A stretch of 64,000 nucleotides of DNA from Bdellovibrionales bacterium (GTDB taxonomy: Bacteria > Bdellovibrionota > Bdellovibrionia > Bdellovibrionales > JAUICD01): NCBI GenBank assembly GCA_965197425.1, contig CBDANC010000014.1, positions 235,088-299,087 of the forward strand. Reading direction: 5' to 3'. The notes under the pieces were generated by a model that was not told where the DNA came from, did not search any database, and worked only from the letters and a program-made list of their open reading frames with translations. The position numbers and the translations under genes are program-made. Every line of letters starts with the position of its first letter. Position 1 is the first letter of the stretch. This document shows, piece by piece, positions 7,170-18,309 of this stretch.

Positions 7170-9314
7170 TTATTTTGTCAGATTAGCACTTAATCTAGCA
7201 TATTTATTTTCTAAGAAGATTAAAATTTCTTTGGACACTTCTTTGTACATACCTTTACTCTCAAAATATCTTTCTATAGCATAGTCCATCGGGGTTTCTC
7301 CTTCTTTATCCTCAAAATAAATATCTGCACCACGTTCTATAAGCCATACTACAGCTTTATAATTTCTACTTGTTACTGCTAGATGAAGAGGGGTTCTGCC
7401 CAAAAGATTAGGTAAGTTGATCTGATCTCTGTCAAGAAGATTTAATATTGAAAGAGTTCTGTTTGTGTTTCCAATTCTTGCAGAAGCCCAGTGCATGATA
7501 CTTTCACCTTTGTTTGTTAATTTCTGTTTATCCACTTTAAACCTCAAAAGAGTTTTCACCATACCAACTACACTATGTCCTGCAGCATAATGAAGCGCAT
7601 TTGCACCCAAATTATTTGCTTTATTTAAGTCAGCACCTGCATTAACAAGCATATTAGTTATACTATCGCTATGTGTATTGTATCTTGCAGAAGCGAACCA
7701 ATGAACAACTGCCATACCATATCTATCATCTAAGTTAGGGTCTGCTCCGTTTTCTAATAACACTTTAATTATGGGAATAAATTGGTTATAAGCAGCCCAA
7801 CGAAGAGGTGTATCTCCAGAAGTATTTTTTGTGTTAACATCTGCTCCCATTTCTATCAATGTTTCTACAAAGTTTAATCTGTTATACCTAACAGCCATCT
7901 GTAATAAAGTATCTTCCTTATCATCATATTTAAAATCATCTGCTGAAACTATATTGTTACTGTTGAGTATTTGTTTGAACTTTCTAAAATTGTTACTCAT
8001 TATTGAATCAAAGAGTGTCTCTCCTACGGAAGGCCCGTATTTTTCCTTGTTATGATTCTCAATTAGGTCATATATAATCCAGTTACCATTTTCAGAGGCT
8101 ATTTCAAGTGCTGTTTTTCCGCTTTGATCTCTAACTCCTATATCAAGATCTTTGTTAGCTAAAAGTGCTCTTGCGGCTTCAATATTTCCTTTTTCTACAG
8201 CCAGGTGTAGTAAGGTGGTTTCAATTCTATCAGCTTTAACAAACACAGAGTTAAGATCGTCTAGTTCTTTTGATTGATTATCCAGCTCCAACCAATCATC
8301 CTTGTCCCTACTAACTGTTATGTCAGCACCGTTTATAGATAGTGCTCTTATTACTGCGTATTTTTTGTTGTTAAATGCAAGAGAAATAGCCGTGTCTCCT
8401 TCTTTGTTTACGGAATCTATATCAACTCCATAATCCATAAGAATAGCAACAATATTTGGGTTTAGTATTGTGACAGCACCTGATTTACTAGATATAGCAA
8501 GTGCATGAAATGGTGTGTTTCCGTTGGAATCAACTAGTTTTGCATCTATATCATTTTCCAACAAAAGTGTAATCATAGGGAGTATTTTTTTATTCGCTTT
8601 AGCTGTCCAATGTAGTGCTGTGGTTTTGTTACTACTTCCTCTTGAGTTGATAAAAGCTCCTCTGTCAATCAAAGTTTCTGCTGCTTCCATGTTTCCTTGG
8701 AAGGCAGCCAGTGACAGTGGTGTTTTAAAATGTTCCTGGCCAAGTCGTTTGAAACCAGCAACCTCCTCTATATCAGCTCCAGCGTCTAACAAAATGGTTA
8801 TAGCTTCAGGATTAAATTCTTTGTATTTTGATGGCTTAGAGGGAATAGATAAATGAAGAGGAGTTGATCCTTGAACAGTTCTAGCTTTGATGTCAGCATC
8901 ACTTTCTATGAGTAATCTTAAAATATCTAGGTTGACAGGAAAAGTATTTACTGCTTCATGAATAGCCTGAAAACCCAATTTATTTTTTAAATGTATGTTT
9001 GCTCCCTTGCTTATAAGAAACTCTACCATGTCTGTATTTCCAACTCTAACAGCAAGGTGAATAGGTCGATCTAGCATGATTCTATTTGTATCTATAACAT
9101 TTACATCTGCACCCATTTTTAATGCATTAATTACTTCGGTTAAGTCATCATTTTTTATAGTTGCAACTAATTTTTCATCTGATTCAGTCATTGACCTTAC
9201 TTTATAAGTTCTGTTTTTTGAAAGAGAACTTGCACAGTCATACTCCATCACAACAGAGGCTACAGACACTTCAACAAAAAAAATAAAATAAAGTATAAAA
9301 ACTTTATGATTCAT
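7170..9314 (-). CDS. large secreted ankyrin-repeat protein (714 aa, about 15 or more repeats)
   Basis: N-terminal signal-like segment VFILYFIFFVEVSVASV, then repeated TPLHLA/ALH..A...G..D.N motifs throughout. Confidence 0.9.
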   Translation of the reverse strand: MNHKVFILYFIFFVEVSVASVVMEYDCASSLSKNRTYKVRSMTESDEKLVATIKNDDLTEVINALKMGADVNVIDTNRIMLDRPIHLAVRVGNTDMVEFLISKGANIHLKNKLGFQAIHEAVNTFPVNLDILRLLIESDADIKARTVQGSTPLHLSIPSKPSKYKEFNPEAITILLDAGADIEEVAGFKRLGQEHFKTPLSLAAFQGNMEAAETLIDRGAFINSRGSSNKTTALHWTAKANKKILPMITLLLENDIDAKLVDSNGNTPFHALAISSKSGAVTILNPNIVAILMDYGVDIDSVNKEGDTAISLAFNNKKYAVIRALSINGADITVSRDKDDWLELDNQSKELDDLNSVFVKADRIETTLLHLAVEKGNIEAARALLANKDLDIGVRDQSGKTALEIASENGNWIIYDLIENHNKEKYGPSVGETLFDSIMSNNFRKFKQILNSNNIVSADDFKYDDKEDTLLQMAVRYNRLNFVETLIEMGADVNTKNTSGDTPLRWAAYNQFIPIIKVLLENGADPNLDDRYGMAVVHWFASARYNTHSDSITNMLVNAGADLNKANNLGANALHYAAGHSVVGMVKTLLRFKVDKQKLTNKGESIMHWASARIGNTNRTLSILNLLDRDQINLPNLLGRTPLHLAVTSRNYKAVVWLIERGADIYFEDKEGETPMDYAIERYFESKGMYKEVSKEILIFLENKYARLSANLTK

Positions 9315-9455
9315 AATAGTTTAAGGTTTTTTTCAAATCCCCAAGCTTAATACGCTAAGAGTAAAAGACGCCAACCAAATTGCGTTATACCACAATCATT
9401 TAGCTCATCATAATTCAGTTAGAACAAAACAGGTAAATAGTATTTTTTTTACCCT

Positions 9456-11996
9456 TTACTGAAGCATGCGTTTAGAATACTGTGCTCTTACACCACTAAT
9501 CTTGCTGGATCTAGCTTTGAATAAGTCTGTAACTTTATCCATATTTAAAGCACATACAAGTACATCATCAACATGCTCAACAGATACAAATTCCAAATCT
9601 TGTGCAACATCTGCTGGAATTTCTTTTAAATCTTTTTCATTATCTTTTGGATATATGATCTTTTTTATACCACCTCTATGAGCAGCCAGCACTTTTTGCT
9701 TAAGCCCACCGATTTCCAATACTCTACCTCTTAAAGTAATCTCACCTGTCATAGAAACATGTTGAGTCACTTTTATTTTTGTAAGCGCTGATACAATACT
9801 GGTAACGATAGCCACTCCAGCAGAAGGTCCATCTTTAGGTATGGCACCCTCTGGAACATGAACATGAACATCTATCTGTTGATAAAAATCTTTGTCCAAA
9901 CCAAACAACAAAGCTCTTGATCTTACGTAGCTCATTGAAGCTGTGCAAGACTCTCTCATTACATCACCCAGCTGACCTGTTATTGTAAGTTTTCCTGTTC
10001 CAGGTAACACACTAGCTTCTATCGATAAAAGGTCACCTCCTGTATCTGTCCATGCCATACCATTTGTAAGGCCTATCTCATTGCTACTTGCTTTTTTGTT
10101 GTGTTTAAATTTTTGTACACCTAATAATTTTTTAACCATCTCTTTTCCAATCACAAATGATTTAGATGAATCCTTTGGTTGTTTACCACTTCTATCTATC
10201 ATAATTTCTTTTGCAACCTTACGATATATAGTAGAAATTTGCCTGTCCAAACCCCTAACACCAGCCTCTCTGGTGTAATGTCTTATAATAGTTTTAATTG
10301 AATCACTTAAAAATTTGATTTTGTATTTGCTCAAACCATTAGACTTAAGCTGTTTAGGGATTAAGTATTTTTTTGCTATATGAAATTTCTCATTTTCTGT
10401 ATAACCTTCAACATGTATTAATTCCATTCTATCCAAAAGAGGTCCTGGTATATGATGAGTAGTGTTTGCAGTGGTCACAAACATAACCTTAGATAAATCA
10501 TAGTCTAGCTCCAAATAGTGATCTTGAAAAAAAGCATTCTGCTCTGGATCCAAAACCTCCAACAACGCACTAGAAGGATCGCCCCTAAAATCAGTACTCA
10601 TCTTATCTATTTCATCTAATAAAAATAATGGATTTGAAGTTTCTACCTTCTTAAAAGCTTGAATTATCTTGCCAGGCATAGCTCCTACATAAGTTTTCCT
10701 ATGCCCTCTGATCTCAGCCTCATCTCTTACGCCCCCAAGTGACACCCTTACAAAATTCTTGCCCATAGCCTTTGCTATAGACTGTCCAAGACTAGTTTTA
10801 CCAACCCCAGGAGGGCCTACCAAACATAGTATAGGGCCTTTTGCACCCACCTTTTTTGAATATTTGGTTTCACTAATTTTATCTTCACCACTTTTACTTT
10901 TACCATTTTCATGGATAGCATTTATATTTTTAGAAATGACATTTTTATTTTTTGTACTATCATTGTCCATACTTTCATTACTGATACATTCTACAGCTAG
11001 ATGTTCTAAAATACGTTCTTTGACTTTTTCCAAACCATAATGGTTTTGGTCTAAAGTTTTATGAGCATATGAAAGATTAGATTTATCTTTGGAATAGTTG
11101 TGCCAAGGCAAGGATATAACCCAATCAATATAATTTCTAATAACTGCAGACTCAGCACTAACAGGCGGCATTAGCTTTAGCTTTTTGATTTCTTTTTTAA
11201 CCTTAGTTCTAGCTTCCTTGCTCATTGGCTTTTTGTCTAACAGTTCTTCTAATTCTAAAATGTCAGAGTTAAAGTCGTCTCGTTCTCCTAACTCTTTTTG
11301 GATAGCTTGCATTTGCTCATTTAGGTAATACTCTTTTTGAGACCGTTCCATCTGTCTCTTAACCCTACTTCTTATCTTTTTTTCCACTTCTAATATCTCA
11401 ATTTCACTAGTCATCATACTAAGTAACTCTTCGAGCCTCAGGCCGGGATCAGAAGTTTCTAGGATTTTTTGTTTGTCCTCGATTTTTAAGTTGAGTTGCG
11501 CAGCTATAATATCAGCAAGCTCGCTTACATTTTCTATAGTAGTAACTCTCATCAACATTTCTGGAGGAATTCTTTTGTTTAACTTTACATAACTTTCAAA
11601 AGTATCTTTTACAGATCTAACCAGAGCTTTAGCCTCTAGAGAATTCTTTGGAGTTTCGTCTATTTTTTCCACACATACGGAAAGGAAAGGTTTTGTTTCA
11701 ATATATTCCTTTATTTTTACTCTACACTTGCCCTCTACTAACACTTTTACAGTTCCATCGGGTAATCTTAAAAGCTGTATGATAGTGCCGACAGTTCCAA
11801 CAGAGTAAATATCCTCAGGCCCTGGATTTTTTGTCTTGGCCTCCTTTTGAGCGGCTAACACAATATCAATACGCTTATTCATAGCATCTTCTAGAGCATT
11901 GATGCTTTTTTCTCTACCCACAAATAAGGGCATCATCATGTATGGAAAAACTACTAGGTCTCTTAATGGTAAAAGAGGTGTAACTTCTGACATCAA
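9456..11996 (-). CDS. lon: ATP-dependent Lon protease
   Basis: [21 protein letters not shown]-domain, Walker [10 protein letters not shown], and protease motif [17 protein letters not shown]. Adjacent to clpX-clpP. Confidence 0.97.
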   Translation of the reverse strand: MMSEVTPLLPLRDLVVFPYMMMPLFVGREKSINALEDAMNKRIDIVLAAQKEAKTKNPGPEDIYSVGTVGTIIQLLRLPDGTVKVLVEGKCRVKIKEYIETKPFLSVCVEKIDETPKNSLEAKALVRSVKDTFESYVKLNKRIPPEMLMRVTTIENVSELADIIAAQLNLKIEDKQKILETSDPGLRLEELLSMMTSEIEILEVEKKIRSRVKRQMERSQKEYYLNEQMQAIQKELGERDDFNSDILELEELLDKKPMSKEARTKVKKEIKKLKLMPPVSAESAVIRNYIDWVISLPWHNYSKDKSNLSYAHKTLDQNHYGLEKVKERILEHLAVECISNESMDNDSTKNKNVISKNINAIHENGKSKSGEDKISETKYSKKVGAKGPILCLVGPPGVGKTSLGQSIAKAMGKNFVRVSLGGVRDEAEIRGHRKTYVGAMPGKIIQAFKKVETSNPLFLLDEIDKMSTDFRGDPSSALLEVLDPEQNAFFQDHYLELDYDLSKVMFVTTANTTHHIPGPLLDRMELIHVEGYTENEKFHIAKKYLIPKQLKSNGLSKYKIKFLSDSIKTIIRHYTREAGVRGLDRQISTIYRKVAKEIMIDRSGKQPKDSSKSFVIGKEMVKKLLGVQKFKHNKKASSNEIGLTNGMAWTDTGGDLLSIEASVLPGTGKLTITGQLGDVMRESCTASMSYVRSRALLFGLDKDFYQQIDVHVHVPEGAIPKDGPSAGVAIVTSIVSALTKIKVTQHVSMTGEITLRGRVLEIGGLKQKVLAAHRGGIKKIIYPKDNEKDLKEIPADVAQDLEFVSVEHVDDVLVCALNMDKVTDLFKARSSKISGVRAQYSKRMLQ

Positions 11997-12025
11997 TTTT
12001 CCTTAAATAAATTCTTAAGCATTTT

Positions 12026-13357
12026 CTAAGCGCTCTCTTCTTTAAGCTCTTCTTCCTCTTTTATAGTATCTTCTGCTTTGGTTTTTAATTTGCGAGATAC
12101 TTTGCTTTTCTTTTTTGTTTTTTTACTAGAGTCAAAAACAAGTTTTGGTTTAGCATGTTTGTTTACTACATTTTTGTCAATCACAACCTCTTTAACTTCT
12201 TCTTTAGAAGGTATCTCATACATTATATCCAGCATTGCCTCTTCTATGACACTCCTTAGACCCCTTGCACCAGTTTTTCTTTTTAGAGACTCCTCGGCGA
12301 TTGCCTTTAAAGCATCGTCTGTAAAAGTCAACTCTACATCCTCAAAGCTAAATAACTTTTTATACTGCTTTGTAAGAGCATTTTTCGGACTTACTAAAAT
12401 ACTTATCAATGCTTTTTCGTCCAAAGCATCTAATACAGCTAACACTGGCAATCTTCCTATGAACTCTGGTATTAAACCAAACTGAGTTAGATCATCTGGC
12501 TGAACATCAGACAATAATTGATTCATTTTTGAATCGCTTTTGTCAACATCTGCCGCAAGCCCCATAGTTCTACTAGATGTTCTGTTCTTGATTATTTTGT
12601 CCAAACCTACAAATGTACCCCCGCATATAAATAATATGTTTGAGGTATCAACCTGTATAAAATCTTGCTGCGGATGCTTTCTTCCACCTTTAGGGGGGAG
12701 GTTGGCCACAGTACCTTCTAAAATTTTTAACAGTGCTTGTTGAACTCCTTCACCACTAACATCTCTTGTTATAGAAGGGTTTTCTGACTTACGACTAATT
12801 TTATCTATCTCATCTATGTATATAACACCTCTCTGAGCTTTTTCCACATCATAGTTAGCAGATTGAAGCAAAGATAAAATAATGTTCTCTACATCTTCAC
12901 CAACATAGCCTGCCTCTGTAAGAGTGGTTGCATCAGCCATAGTAAATGGAACATTTAAAAGCCTTGCGATAGTCTGTGCAAGTAATGTTTTACCACTTCC
13001 AGTGGGACCTATCAAAAGCACATTACTCTTGGTTAACTCCACATCAGTTTTTTTGTTTTGTTTAGCATTATTGATTCTCTTGTAGTGATTGTGAACAGCA
13101 ACAGATAGTGCTTTTTTTGCATGATCTTGACTCACCACATAGTCACCTAAAAAAGATTTTATTTCATGGGGTTTTGGAACATTTAAACCAGGGGTAGTTT
13201 TACCATCCCCGTCTTCCATTACTATTTCATTACAAAGCTCTATACATTCATTGCATATATAAACTCCAGGTCCCGCAACAAGCTTACGCACCTCTTTTTG
13301 TGCTTTACTACAAAAGCTACAAGACAAATAACTGTATTTACCTTTTTTATCACTCAC
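12026..13357 (-). CDS. clpX: ATP-dependent Clp protease ATP-binding subunit ClpX
   Basis: Zinc finger [11 protein letters not shown]...CNECIELC, Walker [22 protein letters not shown]. Has a Lys-rich C-terminal tail. Confidence 0.97.
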   Translation of the reverse strand: MSDKKGKYSYLSCSFCSKAQKEVRKLVAGPGVYICNECIELCNEIVMEDGDGKTTPGLNVPKPHEIKSFLGDYVVSQDHAKKALSVAVHNHYKRINNAKQNKKTDVELTKSNVLLIGPTGSGKTLLAQTIARLLNVPFTMADATTLTEAGYVGEDVENIILSLLQSANYDVEKAQRGVIYIDEIDKISRKSENPSITRDVSGEGVQQALLKILEGTVANLPPKGGRKHPQQDFIQVDTSNILFICGGTFVGLDKIIKNRTSSRTMGLAADVDKSDSKMNQLLSDVQPDDLTQFGLIPEFIGRLPVLAVLDALDEKALISILVSPKNALTKQYKKLFSFEDVELTFTDDALKAIAEESLKRKTGARGLRSVIEEAMLDIMYEIPSKEEVKEVVIDKNVVNKHAKPKLVFDSSKKTKKKSKVSRKLKTKAEDTIKEEEELKEESA

Positions 13358-13430
13358 GACTAATCGTTCCTTTCTGCTATCTCTTGTTTTCTATTCACCA
13401 TCATTAAAAATTATAACTGCTTTTTCTAAT

Positions 13431-14033
13431 TTACTTCTTTTTACTTCTGTTTTCTACTACTCTGTCTATAAGGCCAAAGCTCTCTGCTTCTTTAGAGCTA
13501 AAGAAAAAGTCTCGATCCATAGTTTTTTCTAAAACTTTAAATGATTTACTTGTATGCTTTTCATATATACTTGTTAATCTCTTTTTTGTCTCTAAAAGAT
13601 CTTTTGTGTGTATTTCAATATCACTAGCCTGTCCAGACATACCATCCCCTGCTACCAGTGGCTGGTGTATCATTATTTTTGAATTAGGAAGAGCATATCT
13701 CTTACCTTTTGTGCCAGAAGCCAAAAGCAAAGAAGCCATACTAGCTGCAAGCCCTGTACAATAAGTTGCAACATCACAACTTACAAACTGCATAATATCA
13801 TATATGCCCAGCCCAGCTGATACACTACCACCTGGAGAATTAACATATAACTGAATATCTTTTTCTGGATTTTCCATTTCCAAAAACAACATCTGAGCTA
13901 TTACAAGGTTTGCTATCTCGTCGTGTATAGGGGTACCTATAAAAATAATTCTGTCCTTAAGCAACCTTGAGTAGATATCATAACTTCTCTCTCCCTTAGA
14001 AGTCTGCTCAATTACAAATGGGATTGTTGGCAT
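13431..14033 (-). CDS. clpP: ATP-dependent Clp protease proteolytic subunit
   Basis: [33 protein letters not shown] (active-site Ser), MIHQP. Confidence 0.97.
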   Translation of the reverse strand: MPTIPFVIEQTSKGERSYDIYSRLLKDRIIFIGTPIHDEIANLVIAQMLFLEMENPEKDIQLYVNSPGGSVSAGLGIYDIMQFVSCDVATYCTGLAASMASLLLASGTKGKRYALPNSKIMIHQPLVAGDGMSGQASDIEIHTKDLLETKKRLTSIYEKHTSKSFKVLEKTMDRDFFFSSKEAESFGLIDRVVENRSKKK

Positions 14034-14477
14034 AACTCACCTTTATTTAAATGTCTCATTTAGATATATAATACTACGTATGTTCATATTCTATTATCTA
14101 AATATTGTATTCAACATATTATATTCAGCGTTTGATTATATGCGGTATCTAACGCTAGTTCCAAGTACTTATAATCGGCACTGTAAGAGTGTACCTTAAA
14201 GCCATTGTGAGTAAAAAAACCTATTAATAAAACTTAAAGACCGTTTTGTACTAAACCATAACATACACTGTACCTATGACAATAAGCTAGTGGGCCACAA
14301 CATCCACTTATAAGGTGCTAGATTTATAGGTCAGAAATATGTTTGATTTTCCTCCTTTGGCTATGATAGAACTTGGTTTCTGTATGTGTCATCCAAAATT
14401 TTTTAGTAAAAATTTTAGTAAAAAATAGTTTGTAAAAAACATAAACACCAAACGCAAAAGGTTAAGTGAGGGTCGCC

Positions 14478-15986
14478 ATGAAATGTAATATACCTAAAGT
14501 TCATCTGTCTGAAGCCAACGTAGACGCTAGAGACTTTGAAGTGCTGCTATGTCTAAATGACAATGACCGGGTTGTGGCAAAATGCCAGAACGAAGTTCAA
14601 GTATTGCTAGACGAGGCTGCAAAAAATGAAGCTTTTAGAGCCCTACCAGAGACTACTCTAACTCTCATAGGACATGGTGACAAAGCAAAAAATACATTAG
14701 CTGTGGGGCTTGGCTCAGAAAACAAGCTAACGGAGCTAGAATCTTTTAGAAGAATAGGTGCTATAGCTTATAGAGCACTTTTGCAACAAAAAGCAAAAAG
14801 TGTGGTGGTCGATTTTTCTTACTTTGATAAAAGTGGTTGGTCTAGAAATATGCATAAGTTTATCAGCAGTTTTTATGAAGGTTTCAGGCTTGCCAGTTAT
14901 AAATTTGCAGAATTCAGAGACTCAGAAGAAAACGAACATTATATAGAAGAATTACATATTGTAATAGATGACAAATACCATGATTCGACTAACCAAGCTA
15001 TAACCATCTCGGAAGGAATGTGCCATGGTGTAGAGACTGCTAGATGGTTAGGAGATAATCCAGGAAATAAAATAAACCCAGAAACCCTGAGTAACTTTGT
15101 AAAAGAAAAGTTTAAAAATACAGAGATCAAGGTAGATATATGGGAAAAAGATCGTCTAATAAAAGAAAAAATGGAGCTACTTTTAGGAGTAGGTCAAGGG
15201 AGTAGCATTCCTCCAAGGCTCATAGTAATGCAATACAAAAACTCTGACTCTCAACCTGTGTGCTTTGTTGGGAAAGGCATCACATTTGATTCTGGTGGTA
15301 TAAGCATAAAGCCCTCTTTACACATGGAGGAGATGAAATTTGATATGTGTGGAGCCGCTGATGTCATCGGTACTATATGTGCCTTGGAAAGAATAAAGGC
15401 CAAGGTGAATGTTATATGCATTGTTGCTACAGCAGAAAACTTACCAGGTCCTTCTGCCACAAAACCTGGAGATATCCACAAGGGTAGAAATGGGCTTCAT
15501 GTTGAAGTACAAAACACAGATGCTGAAGGTAGACTTGTGCTGGGTGATGCACTAACTTTGGCAAGTGAAAAGAAACCAAAATTTATAGTTGATGCTGCCA
15601 CACTAACAGGAGCTATGGTTATAGCTTTGGGTAAATTTCATGTAGGGTACTTTGCAAGGGATGAAAAACTAGCCGAATCAATACAACAAGCCTTAAAAGA
15701 CTCTGGAGAAAGCGCATGGAGATTGCCTTTGAGTGAGTCGCACAGAAAACTTATGAAGGGTGATTACTCCGATCTTAAAAACATAGCCGCTAGCAGAGAG
15801 TGTGGTAGCGCTCAAGGAGCTGCATTTCTGTCTTACTTTGTCCAAGAAGACATCCCTTGGGCACACTTTGACATAGCTGGTACAGCTTGGAATGTCGGCG
15901 AGGAGTACCCGTACTGCAATAAAAAAGGGGCTTCTGGAATAATGGTCAGAACTTTTTGTAGTTTAGCCATCAATGAACAAGCCTAA
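14478..15986 (+). CDS. pepA: leucyl aminopeptidase (M17)
   Basis: GKGITFDSGGISIKP, MKFDMCGAA, NTDAEGRLVLGDAL. I prefer the ATG at 14478 with GAGGG 5 nt upstream over the GTG at 14466. Confidence 0.92.
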   Translation: MKCNIPKVHLSEANVDARDFEVLLCLNDNDRVVAKCQNEVQVLLDEAAKNEAFRALPETTLTLIGHGDKAKNTLAVGLGSENKLTELESFRRIGAIAYRALLQQKAKSVVVDFSYFDKSGWSRNMHKFISSFYEGFRLASYKFAEFRDSEENEHYIEELHIVIDDKYHDSTNQAITISEGMCHGVETARWLGDNPGNKINPETLSNFVKEKFKNTEIKVDIWEKDRLIKEKMELLLGVGQGSSIPPRLIVMQYKNSDSQPVCFVGKGITFDSGGISIKPSLHMEEMKFDMCGAADVIGTICALERIKAKVNVICIVATAENLPGPSATKPGDIHKGRNGLHVEVQNTDAEGRLVLGDALTLASEKKPKFIVDAATLTGAMVIALGKFHVGYFARDEKLAESIQQALKDSGESAWRLPLSESHRKLMKGDYSDLKNIAASRECGSAQGAAFLSYFVQEDIPWAHFDIAGTAWNVGEEYPYCNKKGASGIMVRTFCSLAINEQA

Positions 15987-16004
15987 AAATAATATAAACT
16001 TAAA

Positions 16005-16037
16005 GTTAGAGTTAGAGTTAGAGTTAGAGTTAGAGTT
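16005..16037. repeat. hexanucleotide microsatellite (GTTAGA)x5 plus a partial unit
   Basis: Read directly, in the convergent spacer between pepA and ORF 16060..16713. Confidence 0.9.
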
Positions 16038-16059
16038 TTTTGTTGTAGGTTGTTTCTTT

Positions 16060-16713
16060 TTATAGACTAAAAGTCCATTTGAAAATGGTTTCTGGCTTAG
16101 GGCTTTCTATTTTTATAACTAAGTCATCTACATCATCAGTTGATGATACAAATACCAGTTCATATGCAATCCATGTGCTGGGCCAAAAATTTCCCAGAAA
16201 ACTAAACACCATTTTAGTACCTTGGTAATCTATAACTGTATCGACTACCTCATCAGGTAAAAGAGATTTTATTCTATCTTTTGGTATAACTAAACTTTGA
16301 ATATAATCTGGATCAGTTAGTGCACAATCTGCCTCAACATATAGATTTGGAATTTCGCCTGAAATTGCAACTCCTTCTGCATAAAATTGCATTTGTAGGG
16401 AAGAATAAACTTGGCAAGAATCAATATGATTTTGGTCATCGGATGTTAGTTTAAAAGCAGCAACATTTACGATTATTTCATTTGAGTCTGTTACTTCAAC
16501 AAAAGACTCTTCAACTATTCGCCTGCTAACAGCGTTTTTAAAAGCCTCGCCACTTAGATAGGAATAATCACCATCAAAATCCAAATCTATAGAAGCTATA
16601 TGCCTGTTCTGAACTTCTCCCTTCCCCAAAGACAAATACGAAATACATACAGAAGCTATTAATGCAAAAAAAATTATGCCATGAATTACTTTCATTGTGG
16701 ACGACACTAGCAT
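16060..16713 (-). CDS. hypothetical exported protein
   Basis: 217-aa ORF with an N-terminal hydrophobic segment (VIHGIIFFALIASVCISYL). I recognise no motif. Confidence 0.55.
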   Translation of the reverse strand: MLVSSTMKVIHGIIFFALIASVCISYLSLGKGEVQNRHIASIDLDFDGDYSYLSGEAFKNAVSRRIVEESFVEVTDSNEIIVNVAAFKLTSDDQNHIDSCQVYSSLQMQFYAEGVAISGEIPNLYVEADCALTDPDYIQSLVIPKDRIKSLLPDEVVDTVIDYQGTKMVFSFLGNFWPSTWIAYELVFVSSTDDVDDLVIKIESPKPETIFKWTFSL

Positions 16714-16780
16714 GTGTTATCCCCTTTGGGATAGTAAAATTTGTATGCTACTATAAATTCTGTAATATTTGGATTATTCA

Positions 16781-17197
16781 ATGTCTTATACCTTTGAAAA
16801 AATAGAAAATGATTTTTTGAAGCTCTCGTGGCAGGACAGGTACAAATACATCATTAGATTAGCAAAAGTACTCCCAGCACTAGACGAAAAATTTAAATCA
16901 AAGGATAACTTAGTAAAAGGGTGTCAATCGCAGGTCTGGCTTACTTGTGAACTAAAAAATCACAAATTACATTTTATGGCAGATAGTGATGCTTTAATAG
17001 TAAAAGGACTTATTGTAATAGCACTATCTATCTATAACCAAAAAACACCTCCTGAAATACTTAACACTTCAAATACCTTTATAGAAAAATTGGGTCTGAA
17101 CAAATACCTAACCCAAACCAGAACAGGCGGACTTGCAGCAATAATCAAACAAATAAAATTCTATGCGCTAGCCTACTCAGCTAAAATACAATTATAA
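16781..17197 (+). CDS. sufE: SufE/CsdE-family sulfur acceptor protein
   Basis: WQDRYKYIIRLAK, VKGCQSQVWL (conserved Cys), GLIVIALSIYNQKTPPEIL, LTQTRTGGL. The ATG at 16781 is preferred over the TTG at 16769. Confidence 0.85.
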   Translation: MSYTFEKIENDFLKLSWQDRYKYIIRLAKVLPALDEKFKSKDNLVKGCQSQVWLTCELKNHKLHFMADSDALIVKGLIVIALSIYNQKTPPEILNTSNTFIEKLGLNKYLTQTRTGGLAAIIKQIKFYALAYSAKIQL

Positions 17198-17393
17198 ATT
17201 ATATATTGGCTTACTCTTTACAAATTAATTGAAGTAAGATTGTCCATTTGCGATCTGGAAAAGAATCCAGTTTCTACAACATGTTTTTTAGAAAAATATA
17301 GAACTTTGGACAAAGGAAACCGAAAGAGAATACCTAGAAGGCAAAAGACGAAAGGGAAGAAAAAGAGCAACAGGAAGTAAAGGGAATATAAAA

Positions 17394-17942
17394 CTAGATT
17401 TGTAAATTGTTATGCTTTTGTTTGGCTATTTGTATATCTTCTAAGAGCTTTTGAAGTTTTTCTGATGCATCACTTTGAGCTTTCAAAATCTTCATCCACT
17501 TGTTGAAGTTTTTTAACTCCAACTTCATACCATTTAATACCTTTTTAGCGCCCTGAATAGAATACCTATCTCTATACAAAAGTTTCTTTATCAAAAACAC
17601 AATCTCAAAATCCTTTCTATTATACATTCTCTGATTATTAGAAGCCTTCTTGGGTTTAAGAGAAGAAAACTCTGATTCCCAATACCTTAAAATGTAAGGC
17701 TTAATACCAGCTAAAGAAGCAACCTCACCAATTTTAAATAACATCTTATCAGGTATATTTAGCAAATCTCTTTGCAGTTCATCATCAAAACGCTGTGCAA
17801 AGCCAGTATCAACTTCCAAACCAACACCAGATTGCTCATAAGCTGGATCATTTAACACCACTTCACTATCTAACGTTACCTCTCCATCAGACACTACCTC
17901 TCTATTGGGTATAGCTTCTCTATCTGGTGTTATTTCTTCCAT
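17394..17942 (-). CDS. MerR-family transcriptional regulator
   Basis: HTH motif MLFKIGEVASLAGIKPYILRYWESEF. Sits immediately downstream of ihfA in the pheST-ihfA-merR arrangement. Confidence 0.85.
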   Translation of the reverse strand: MEEITPDREAIPNREVVSDGEVTLDSEVVLNDPAYEQSGVGLEVDTGFAQRFDDELQRDLLNIPDKMLFKIGEVASLAGIKPYILRYWESEFSSLKPKKASNNQRMYNRKDFEIVFLIKKLLYRDRYSIQGAKKVLNGMKLELKNFNKWMKILKAQSDASEKLQKLLEDIQIAKQKHNNLQI

Positions 17943-17986
17943 AGAAGACCTCTTTTTATAAAAGCAGCAACTTGCTTAAAAATAAA

Positions 17987-18289
17987 TTATTCATTTAAGT
18001 CTGCTTTCAAAAGCTGACTTGGTTTAAAAGATAAAACTTTTCTAGCACTAATTTTAATGCGTTCTCCAGTTTGAGGGTTTCTACCCATCCTTTCTTTTTT
18101 TTGATTTACAGTAAAATTACCAAAACTAGATAACTTAATGTTGCCATCTTCTTTTAAAGATTTTTTAAGAAGATCAAACACTGTCTCAACCATCTTAGCA
18201 CTGTCTTTTTTTGAAAACCCAATCTTAGAATAAATTTTTTCTACCAAACATGCCTTGGTAACTGTACGAACAGAATCAGACATAAGCAC
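17987..18289 (-). CDS. ihfA: integration host factor subunit alpha
   Basis: GFGNF-type core (LSSFGNFTVNQKKERMGRNPQTGERIKISARKVLSFKPS); synteny after pheT. Confidence 0.9.
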   Translation of the reverse strand: MLMSDSVRTVTKACLVEKIYSKIGFSKKDSAKMVETVFDLLKKSLKEDGNIKLSSFGNFTVNQKKERMGRNPQTGERIKISARKVLSFKPSQLLKADLNE

Positions 18290-18309
18290 CTCTTTTAGAA
18301 TAAGTTAAG

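Noticed and set aside
14034-14477. The 440-bp ORF-free spacer between clpP and pepA as a possible ncRNA (tmRNA, 6S or RNase P) or a missing tig gene
   Set aside because: I could not recognise any conserved core of tmRNA, RNase P or 6S. It is AT-rich with A-tract repeats typical of divergent promoter regions. I found no translated similarity to trigger factor.
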